A stretch of DNA of 64,000 nt from Candidatus Dormiibacterota bacterium (GTDB lineage: Bacteria > Chloroflexota > Dormibacteria > Aeolococcales > Aeolococcaceae), in the NCBI GenBank assembly GCA_963717185.1, contig CAVQVY010000027.1, positions 2,429 through 66,428 on the forward strand, read 5' to 3'. Positions 1 through 6,791 of the stretch are shown here, in pieces (positions within the stretch are counted from its first letter, which is position 1; each line of letters opens with the position of its first letter). The position numbers were made by a program, and so were the translations under genes. The notes under the pieces were generated by a model that made no database searches, was not told where the DNA came from, and saw only the letters and a list, made by a program, of their open reading frames with translations.

Positions 1-3
1 GAG

Positions 4-207
4 TTACCGCTGTGCGGCGCGGCGGATGAAGGCGGCCCACTCGCGGGCCGGGACGATCAGCTTCGGGCCGCCGGGGGCCTGGGAGTCCCGTACGGCCACG
101 ATGCCGGGCAGGTTACGCGCCACTTCGACGCACTGGCCGCCGTTGCTGCCGCTGTAGCTGCTCTTGTGCCATGTGGCGCCGGACAGGTCGGCGTGCTGAG
201 AGGTCAT
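4..207 (-). CDS. DUF397 domain-containing protein (small partner of WhiJ/BldB-type loci)
   Basis: 67-aa ORF with the WHKSSYSGSNGGQCVEV core typical of DUF397. It lies 47 nt downstream of the XRE regulator and in the same orientation. Confidence 0.85.
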   Translation of the reverse strand: MTSQHADLSGATWHKSSYSGSNGGQCVEVARNLPGIVAVRDSQAPGGPKLIVPAREWAAFIRRAAQR

Positions 208-254
208 CCCGCACCTCCTCTGCTCACTGCTTAATGCTCCACGCTAGGTCAGTT

Positions 255-1112
255 TCACGCTGCGTCCGCGGCCATCTCGGCGATCAGGTCGGCCGACTGG
301 CCGATGCCGAGGGCCTCGGCCCGCAGGTGGTCGAAGACCACTGTATAGCGCCGGATTTCGTCCACGGTTTCCAGGAACAGGCAGCCCGTGAGGTGTTCGA
401 GGTAGACGACCGTGGGATCGGCCGCTTCCGGGAACTCCAGGATGGTGAACGGGCTAATCGGGTCGACGTGCGCCGCGTTGCTGAACGGCAGGACCTGAAG
501 GGTGACGTTGGGGCGCTCGGCCACTTCGAGGAGGCGCCGGAGCTGGGCGCGCATGACCGCCGGGCCGCCGATATCGGCCCGCAGCACGCTCTCGCTGAGC
601 ACCACCCACAGGTCGGGCGGACTGGGCTGGGCCAGGATGGCCTGGCGATCCATGCGCAGCGCGACCTGCCGCTCGATATCCTCGGTGCTGCCCGCGTTGG
701 GCGCGGCCCGGAGCACGGCACGCGCGTACTCCTCGGTCTGCAGCAGGCCCGGCATGACCAGCGGCTGGAAGTCGCGCAGGCGGACCGCCTCGGATTCCAG
801 CCCGACAAATGCCTCGAACCAGGTAGGGAGGACCCGGCCGTAAGTGTGCCACCATCCTTTACGCCGGGCCTCGCGGGCCAGCTGGACCAGCGAGTCGGCT
901 TCGGTTCCGGTGACGCCGTAGATTTCGAGCATCTCGCGGACGTCGCCCGGCCTGACATTGATCCGGCCGGTCTCGATCCGGCTGATCCGGGTGCCGGAGC
1001 ATTCCAGCCGCCGGCCCACGTCTTCGCAGGTGAAACCGGCCTGGTCGCGGAGGCGCCGCAGTTCGATTCCCAGTCGTTTGCGCCGGACGGTGGGGCTCGG
1101 GGTCGCTGCCAT
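255..1112 (-). CDS. XRE-family helix-turn-helix transcriptional regulator (WhiJ-like, DUF5753-type C-terminal domain)
   Basis: 285-aa ORF. The N-terminal segment LGIELRRLRDQAGFTCEDVGRRLECSGTRISRIETG is a Cro/C1-type HTH. The long C-terminal domain is the one usually paired with DUF397 genes. Confidence 0.9.
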   Translation of the reverse strand: MAATPSPTVRRKRLGIELRRLRDQAGFTCEDVGRRLECSGTRISRIETGRINVRPGDVREMLEIYGVTGTEADSLVQLAREARRKGWWHTYGRVLPTWFEAFVGLESEAVRLRDFQPLVMPGLLQTEEYARAVLRAAPNAGSTEDIERQVALRMDRQAILAQPSPPDLWVVLSESVLRADIGGPAVMRAQLRRLLEVAERPNVTLQVLPFSNAAHVDPISPFTILEFPEAADPTVVYLEHLTGCLFLETVDEIRRYTVVFDHLRAEALGIGQSADLIAEMAADAA

Positions 1113-1169
1113 GGGGTCTCCGGGTCTTCACGAGCCGGGCCTGTTTGGCCCGTTTCCTTGATTCGCCTA

Positions 1170-1195
1170 TGCAACATACGTTTAGGTATGTTGCA
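1170..1195. promoter_or_regulatory. Perfect 10-bp inverted repeat, candidate operator in the divergent XRE / ATP-binding-protein intergenic region
   Basis: TGCAACATAC-GTTTAG-GTATGTTGCA read directly. It is AT-rich inside GC-rich DNA. A related 12-mer CATACGTcTAaG recurs at 1244-1255 (compare CATACGTTTAGG at 1175-1186). Confidence 0.5.
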
Positions 1196-1305
1196 ATAAG
1201 CTTCAGTAGCGGGTGCAGGTTAAGCACCGTACTTTTTGCGCATCATACGTCTAAGCACGATCAAGTTCTGCCGCTTGAGTTCACCGGGTACACGGCGCTG
1301 GCGAG

Positions 1306-1830
1306 GTGATGAGCGAGATGGCTTCCGCCACTCCCCCGTTTCACCAGCGGCTGGGGCAGCGGCCCCGGACCGGTACCTGGGCCCGGCGGACGCATCTGGA
1401 ACTCGGGGCGCTCCGGGGCGCGGTGCCGTGCGCGCGGCTGCACGCGCGGCAGGTGCTGTGGGAGTGGGGCCTGTCCGGCCTGAACGAGGAGGCCGAGCTC
1501 GTGGTCTCCGAACTCGTGACCAACGCGGTCCAGGCCTCGGTGGAGGCGGCCCGGCCGGGCCTGGAGGATAACGAGCCAGTGAGCGTGCCGGCCGTCTGGC
1601 TATGGCTGACCTCCGACGGGCGCCAGGCGGTCGTGGAGGTGGGTGACGGCAGCCCGCGCCCGCCCGTGCCGGCCGCACCGGAGCGGGACGGGGAGGGCGG
1701 GCGGGGCCTCCTGCTCGTGGAGACGCTCAGCGAGGCGTGGGGCTACTACTTCCCGGCCGAGGAGCCCGACGTGGACGGCCCGAAGAAGGCGGCCCGGAAG
1801 ATCGTCTGGGCGCTCTTCACCCGGCCGTGA
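1306..1830 (+). CDS. ATP-binding protein, HATPase_c-like (anti-sigma-factor / RsbW-like kinase fold)
   Basis: 174-aa ORF with ELVVSELVTNAVQAS (N-box-like) and GRGLLLVETLSEAWGY (G-box-like). It is divergent from the XRE gene. The start could be GTG 1306 or ATG 1309/1318. Confidence 0.8.
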   Translation: MMSEMASATPPFHQRLGQRPRTGTWARRTHLELGALRGAVPCARLHARQVLWEWGLSGLNEEAELVVSELVTNAVQASVEAARPGLEDNEPVSVPAVWLWLTSDGRQAVVEVGDGSPRPPVPAAPERDGEGGRGLLLVETLSEAWGYYFPAEEPDVDGPKKAARKIVWALFTRP

Positions 1831-1936
1831 GGCGCGAGTCCCGGTAGGCGGCGACCGCGCGCCGGGTGTCCTCGGCGATCAGGTCGGCGTTGATGGCCGC
1901 CGCAGCGGTCACGCCGGATCCGCCGGGCGCTCCGGG

Positions 1937-2312
1937 TCATGCCGCGCAGATGCCCGGGACGGCGACCTTCCGGAACACGTGGGGGGCGGCGACCGTACTG
2001 GCCGGGTAGCGTGCGGCCCGGGCCTGGAACCCGGGTGAGCCGAACGCCTGGCCGAGCGCCCGGGCCGACTCCCAGACGGCCACGTTGATGAAGGTCGTGC
2101 TGCCCGGCGGTGCCGCGGTGGAGCTGGGTGGAGATGAAGCCGGGTTGCTGCTTCATGAATGCGGCGTCGTCGGCCCACACCTCGAGGAAGGGCTCGGCGT
2201 CCTCGGGCGCCAGGTTGAATTGATTGATGAGGACCACCTCTCCCTCGTCGTCCTGCAGTTGCTGCAGGTAGCTGACCTTGTCGTCCAGCTCACGTAGCTT
2301 CATCGTCGTCAT
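1937..2312 (-). pseudogene. Antibiotic-biosynthesis-monooxygenase (ABM) domain protein, reading frame broken once
   Basis: The N-terminus MTTMKLRELDDKVSYLQQLQDDEGEVVLINQFNLAPEDAEPFLEVWADDAAFMKQQPGFISTQLHRGTA runs in one frame. The expected continuation GSTTFINVAVWESARALGQAFGSPGFQARAARYPASTVAAPHVFRKVAVPGICAA-stop is in the +1 frame. The switch is at the CCC run 2103-2105. A strong RBS (AAGGAGA) precedes ATG 2312. Confidence 0.75.
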
Positions 2313-2790
2313 TTCTCCTTCGGCCGGGTCGGGCGGTGTTTTCCAGCCTGTCGCTCAGTTCGTGCAGCAGGCGTCCGGCGTTCGCCAGGTCCGGGATGTC
2401 CAGCCCAGCGGACAGTTCATTGATCCAGCGGATCTGCCGCCGGTCGACCGCTGTGTACTTGCGATGGCCAAGCTCGGTGAGCCGGATCAGCGGTGAACGG
2501 CGGTGGTCGAGGTTCTGGCCCGCTTCGACCAGCGTTTCGTCGAGTAGCCGGTTGACCGTGGCCTGGACGGCCTGCCGGGTCAGGCCCATACGCCGGGCGA
2601 TCTGGGGAACGGTCAGTGCCCGCCCGGCCAGCGCCACCGCTCCGAGCACCTGCCAGCGGGCGGCGGTCAGTCCCTCCTGCTCGGCCAGCCGGTTGCCGAC
2701 GTCGAACACCAGGCCACTCACGCGGAACATCTCCAGCACGAGGTCGGTCGCGGCCTCACCCTCGGGTGTCCGGATCCGGTCCGTCTCCAT
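2290..2790 (-). CDS. MarR-family transcriptional regulator
   Basis: 166-aa ORF with a winged-HTH segment LTVPQIARRMGLTRQAVQATVNRLLDETLVE. Its 3' end overlaps the ABM gene start by 23 nt, which suggests an operon. Confidence 0.9.
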   Translation of the reverse strand: METDRIRTPEGEAATDLVLEMFRVSGLVFDVGNRLAEQEGLTAARWQVLGAVALAGRALTVPQIARRMGLTRQAVQATVNRLLDETLVEAGQNLDHRRSPLIRLTELGHRKYTAVDRRQIRWINELSAGLDIPDLANAGRLLHELSDRLENTARPGRRRNDDDEAT

Positions 2791-2791
2791 A

Positions 2792-2824
2792 ACAGCAAGC
2801 TGTCATAGTGACAAGCCTTTGTCA
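2792..2824. promoter_or_regulatory. Nested palindromes next to the marR start codon, candidate MarR operator
   Basis: Three palindromes read directly: ACAGC-AA-GCTGT (2792-2803), TGTCA-TAG-TGACA (2801-2813) and TGACAA-GCCT-TTGTCA (2809-2824). They sit between marR (-) and the isochorismatase-family gene (+). Confidence 0.4.
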
Positions 2825-2940
2825 ATACGATGCGCGCCGGGCCGCCCCGCTCCACCACGACCCGCCGGGTTCCGGCCCGCTGTCGGTGGGTGTGTCTACC
2901 GTGGGTGGGCACAGGAGCCGAGCGTGAGTAAGGAGAGACC

Positions 2941-3501
2941 ATGACCACACTGGAGAACCGGCCGAACACCGCACTCCTCGTCGTCGACGTGCAGAACGGT
3001 GTCGTCGGCGGGGCTCACCTTCGCGACGCGGTCGTCGCGAACGTCGCCCGCCTGGTCGAGAGGGCGCGGCGGGAACGGGTCCCCGTGGTCTGGGTCCAGC
3101 ACTCCGACGGGCACATCGCGCGCGGGAGCGACGACTGGCGGATCGTCCCCGAGCTGGCTCCGGGCGACACCGAGCCGCTCGTCGAGAAGAACTACGGCGA
3201 TTCGTTCGAGGACACCACCCTGGAGATCGTGCTGTCGGGCCTGGGGGTCGGCCGGCTACTGGTCGTCGGGGCCGAGACCGATGCGTGCATCCGCTCGACG
3301 CTGCACGGCGCGCTGGTCCGGGGGTACGACGCGACCCTGGTCAGCGACGCCCACACCACGGGCGACCAGACGGAATGGGGGGCGCCGCCGCCGGACCAGG
3401 TCATCGCGCACACCAACCTGTACTGGACCTACCAGACGGCGCCGGGGCGGACGGCCGGGACGGTCGAGACCAAGGGGGTCGACTTCGGCGGCACGTCCTG
3501 A
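2941..3501 (+). CDS. Isochorismatase-family cysteine hydrolase
   Basis: 186-aa ORF with ALLVVDVQNG near the N-terminus and LLVVGAETDACIRSTLHGA (catalytic Cys context). RBS AAGGAGAG lies upstream. Confidence 0.9.
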   Translation: MTTLENRPNTALLVVDVQNGVVGGAHLRDAVVANVARLVERARRERVPVVWVQHSDGHIARGSDDWRIVPELAPGDTEPLVEKNYGDSFEDTTLEIVLSGLGVGRLLVVGAETDACIRSTLHGALVRGYDATLVSDAHTTGDQTEWGAPPPDQVIAHTNLYWTYQTAPGRTAGTVETKGVDFGGTS

Positions 3502-3591
3502 ACCCGGACGCCACGGAACGCCGCACGGCGGAGGCAGGATCCCGTAGCGGCCCGCGATAGTCCCAGCGGTCCGCCGGGTACCGTATCTGCC

Positions 3592-4584
3592 GTGTCCAGC
3601 GATGACCCCCGGCCGCCCCGCATGCCGGTCACGAGGCTGGCTCCCGGCGGCCCGGTGGTGTCGCGGATCGGCCTGGGGCTGGCGGCGCTCGGCCGTCCCG
3701 CCTACATCACGACCGGGCGAGCCGGTGACCTGCCTGATCGAAGCGTCGCGGGGATGGCGGACCGCACGTGCGCGATGCTCGATGCCGCCTATGACGCCGG
3801 GATCAGGTACTTCGACGCGGCCCGGTCCTACGGGAGGGCCGAGGAGTTCCTCGGTGCCTGGCTGGCTGACCGCGGCGTCCCGGACGCCATCGCCGGCTCC
3901 AAGTGGGGCTACCGCTACACCGGCGGCTGGCAGCTGGACGCCGAACGGCAGGAGGTCAAGGAGCACTCGCTGGCCATGTTCACCACCCAGCTCGCCGAGA
4001 CCAGGGCGCTTCTGGGCGACCGGCTCGCGCTGTATCAGGTGCACTCCCTGACCGCGGAGTCCGGTCTGCTGGACGACCCGGCGCTGCTGGCCGCGCTCGC
4101 CCGACTGAGGGCCGACGGCGTCCTGGTCGGCATCACGACCAGCGGCCCCGGCCAGGCCGATACCCTGCGCCGTGCGATGGAGGCGACGGTGGACGGACGG
4201 CCGCTGTTCAGCGTGGCCCAGGTGACCTGGAATCTGCTCGAGCCATCGGTCGGCGCCGCGGCGGCCGACGCCGCCGGCGCGGGATGGACCATCCTGGTCA
4301 AGGAGGCGCTGGCCAACGGGCGGCTGGCTCCCGGCGGTGATCCGGCCGGCCCACCGGCGGAGCTCACGGCGCTCGCCGACGCCCAGGGCGTGACGGTGGA
4401 CGCGATCGCGATCGCAGCGGCGCTCGCCAATCCGTGGGCCGGCGTGGTGCTTTCGGGCGCGGTGACACCCGGGCAACTGCACGCCAACCTGGGCGCTCTC
4501 GCCGTCACCGAACTGCCCGGCCCTGACCTCGCTGAGCCGCCTGCCGCCTACTGGTCCGCGCGGTCCGGGCGGCCCTGGAGATAA
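3592..4584 (+). CDS. Aldo/keto reductase
   Basis: 330-aa ORF with LGLAALGRP..., AYDAGIRYFDAARSYGRAEEFLG and a LYQVHS-type motif. The start is uncertain (GTG 3592 or ATG 3622). Confidence 0.85.
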   Translation: MSSDDPRPPRMPVTRLAPGGPVVSRIGLGLAALGRPAYITTGRAGDLPDRSVAGMADRTCAMLDAAYDAGIRYFDAARSYGRAEEFLGAWLADRGVPDAIAGSKWGYRYTGGWQLDAERQEVKEHSLAMFTTQLAETRALLGDRLALYQVHSLTAESGLLDDPALLAALARLRADGVLVGITTSGPGQADTLRRAMEATVDGRPLFSVAQVTWNLLEPSVGAAAADAAGAGWTILVKEALANGRLAPGGDPAGPPAELTALADAQGVTVDAIAIAAALANPWAGVVLSGAVTPGQLHANLGALAVTELPGPDLAEPPAAYWSARSGRPWR

Positions 4585-4675
4585 CTTCACGCCTGGGTGA
4601 TCTGGCAGGTAGGAGGGCTCAGGAGTAAGAAGAGAGCTGTCAGCATCCGTTTTGTCCCGCTCAGGGAAGTGCCCT

Positions 4676-5677
4676 GTGAAGAAGATCATCAATGACCCAG
4701 GCAACGTCGTCTCTGAGGCCCTGATCGGATTCGCGGCCGCGCATCGCGATCTCGTCCGGGTCAATTTCGGGCCCGACTACATCGTGCGGGCCGACGCGCC
4801 GGTATCGGGCAAGGTAGCCATCGTTTCGGGCGGTGGCTCCGGGCACGAGCCGCTGCACGGCGGCTACGTCGGCGCCGGCATGCTGGACGCCGCGGTCCCC
4901 GGGGCCGTCTTCACCTCACCCACCCCGGACGCCGTGCTCGCGGCCACCCAGGCGGCGAACGGCGGCCACGGCGTCCTGCACATCGTGAAGAACTACACCG
5001 GCGACGTGCTGAACTTCGAGACCGCCGCCGAACTGGCGGCCGCCGAGGGAATCACCGTGTCTCCGGTCGTGATCAACGACGACGTCGCCGTGGAGGACTC
5101 GACCTACACCGCAGGCCGGCGGGGTGTCGGCGGCACGGTGCCGCTGGAAAAGATCACCGGTGCGGCGGCGGCCCGCGGTGACGACCTCGCCGCGGTCACC
5201 GCGATCGCCGAGCGGGTGATCAGCAACGTCCGCTCGATGGGGGTCGCCCTGACCCCTTGCATCGTGCCGCATTCCGGCGAGCCCAGCTTCACCCTCGGTG
5301 ACGACGAGATCGAGATGGGCATCGGCATCCACGGCGAACCCGGCCGCCGGCGCATCGCGATGGAGCCCGCCGATGCCCTCGTGGCCGACCTGCTCGGCCC
5401 GGTCGTCGAAGACCTGCCCTTCGAGCGCGGCGACCGGACGTTCCTGATGGTCAACGGCATGGGCGGGACCCCCCTGCTCGAGCTCTACCTCGCCTACGGC
5501 ATCGCCGCCGGGCTGCTCGAAAAGCAGGGCATCGAGGTCAGCAGATCGCTGGTCGGCAACTACATCACCAGCCTCGAAATGCAGGGCATGTCCGTGACGC
5601 TGCTGAAGCTCGATGACGAGCTGACCCAGCTATGGGACGCGCCGGTGCACACCGCCGCCCTCCGGTGGGGAATGTGA
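4676..5677 (+). CDS. dhaK: Dihydroxyacetone kinase, DhaK (dihydroxyacetone-binding) subunit
   Basis: KKIINDPGNVVSEALIGF...GGGSGHEPLHGGYVG...VKNYTGDVLNF are hallmark DhaK motifs. GTG 4676 was chosen over TTG 4652. Confidence 0.9.
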   Translation: MKKIINDPGNVVSEALIGFAAAHRDLVRVNFGPDYIVRADAPVSGKVAIVSGGGSGHEPLHGGYVGAGMLDAAVPGAVFTSPTPDAVLAATQAANGGHGVLHIVKNYTGDVLNFETAAELAAAEGITVSPVVINDDVAVEDSTYTAGRRGVGGTVPLEKITGAAAARGDDLAAVTAIAERVISNVRSMGVALTPCIVPHSGEPSFTLGDDEIEMGIGIHGEPGRRRIAMEPADALVADLLGPVVEDLPFERGDRTFLMVNGMGGTPLLELYLAYGIAAGLLEKQGIEVSRSLVGNYITSLEMQGMSVTLLKLDDELTQLWDAPVHTAALRWGM

Positions 5678-6297
5678 GCGGCGGCTGCGACGGGCCGGGA
5701 GTGGCCGCGGCGATCCGCGCGGTCGCCGCGGCCATCGCGGACCAGCACGTCGAGCTGACGCGGCTGGACCGCGAGATCGGGGACGGCGATCACGGCGAGA
5801 ACATGAACCGGGGCTTTCAGGCGGTGATCGCCAAGCTGGACGCCGACCCCGGGATGACGCCCGGGGCGGTACTGAAGCTCGTGGCCATGACCCTCATGTC
5901 CACCGTCGGGGGCGCGTCCGGGCCGCTGTACGGGACGGCGTTCCTGCGGGCCGCGACGGCGCTCGGCGATGCCGATCAGCTGGATGCCAGCGCGGTCGGG
6001 GCGGCGCTGGCCGCGGCCCGGGATGGTGTGCAGGCTCGCGGCAAGGCCGAGCCCGGGGACAAGACGATGGTCGACGCGCTGATGCCAGCCGTCGAAGCCG
6101 CGCACGGCGACTCGGTGGCCCAGGTGCTGCAGGCGGCGGCCGCCGCCGCGCAGGACGGCGTGGCTGCGACGATTCCCCTGATCGCGCGGAAGGGCCGGGC
6201 TTCCTATCTTGGTGAGCGCAGCGCCGGTCATGCCGACCCCGGCGCCACGTCAACCGCCGTGATCCTGCGCGCTCTGGCGGAGGCAGCCGGAGGATGA
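5674..6297 (+). CDS. dhaL: Dihydroxyacetone kinase, DhaL (ADP-binding) subunit
   Basis: Contains the DREIGDGDHGENMNRGF motif. GTG 5674 overlaps the dhaK stop codon (GTGA). Confidence 0.9.
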   Translation: MSGGCDGPGVAAAIRAVAAAIADQHVELTRLDREIGDGDHGENMNRGFQAVIAKLDADPGMTPGAVLKLVAMTLMSTVGGASGPLYGTAFLRAATALGDADQLDASAVGAALAAARDGVQARGKAEPGDKTMVDALMPAVEAAHGDSVAQVLQAAAAAAQDGVAATIPLIARKGRASYLGERSAGHADPGATSTAVILRALAEAAGG

Positions 6298-6791
6298 CTG
6301 GCCCTCGGGTGGCCCTGGTCGCGGTGTCGCATTCGGCGGCGCTGGCGGCCGGCGTGGCCGAGCTGGCGGCCCAGATGGCGCCGAACGTCACCATCATCGG
6401 CGTCGGGGGAAGCGACGGCGGGCTGGGCACGTCCTTTGACGCGATCACTGATGCGCTGCAGGGCGCCGGCTCGGCCGCGGGAATCGTCGTTCTGTATGAC
6501 CTGGGCAGTGCGCGGCTGACGACCGAGACCGCCATCGAGTTCCTGGATCCGCAGGTGGCCGGGCGGATCGAGATCGTGGATGCGCCCCTGGCCGAGGGGA
6601 CCATCGCGGCCGCGGTGGAGGCCGAGAGCGGCGCGGACCGGGCCGCGGTGGCCGCCGCCGCGCGCTCGGCGGCGGCGCCGCCCCCGCCGGGGACGCCGTG
6701 GCCGGGGACACCGTGGCCGGCGGGGAAGGGACCGTGGGGGGCGGGGCAACCCGGACTGAACCTGCCGCCCACCCCACCGCGCCCGTACTGA
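6294..6791 (+). CDS. dhaM: DhaM, EIIA(Man)-like phosphotransferase domain protein
   Basis: ATG 6294 overlaps the dhaL stop (ATGA). The N-terminal RVALVAVSHSAALAAGVAEL carries the phosphorylatable His context of PTS-EIIA(Man)/DhaM. The last ~40 residues (PGTPWPGTPWPAGKGPWGAGQ...) look like out-of-frame read-through. Confidence 0.75.
   Translation: MTGPRVALVAVSHSAALAAGVAELAAQMAPNVTIIGVGGSDGGLGTSFDAITDALQGAGSAAGIVVLYDLGSARLTTETAIEFLDPQVAGRIEIVDAPLAEGTIAAAVEAESGADRAAVAAAARSAAAPPPPGTPWPGTPWPAGKGPWGAGQPGLNLPPTPPRPY
6686..6720. repeat. Imperfect 15-bp tandem duplication (2.3 copies) in the dhaM / HPr linker
   Basis: GCCGGGGACGCCGTG / GCCGGGGACACCGTG / GCCGG read directly. Confidence 0.8.

Noticed and set aside
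1746-2312. Full 188-aa reading of the ABM ORF as one intact protein.
   Set aside because: After residue ~70 the translation turns into Arg/Pro/Gly-rich sequence. The +1 frame gives the canonical ABM C-terminus and a stop at 1937. The long form is read-through past a 1-nt indel.
3256-4764. A 502-aa minus-strand ORF covering the aldo/keto reductase region.
   Set aside because: It is antisense to an ORF with clear AKR motifs, and its own translation has no recognisable domain and is compositionally biased.
6686-6720. A CRISPR-like or minisatellite array.
   Set aside because: It has only 2.3 copies of a 15-bp unit, it lies inside coding sequence, and it has no spacers. No other periodic repeats were noticed in the window.
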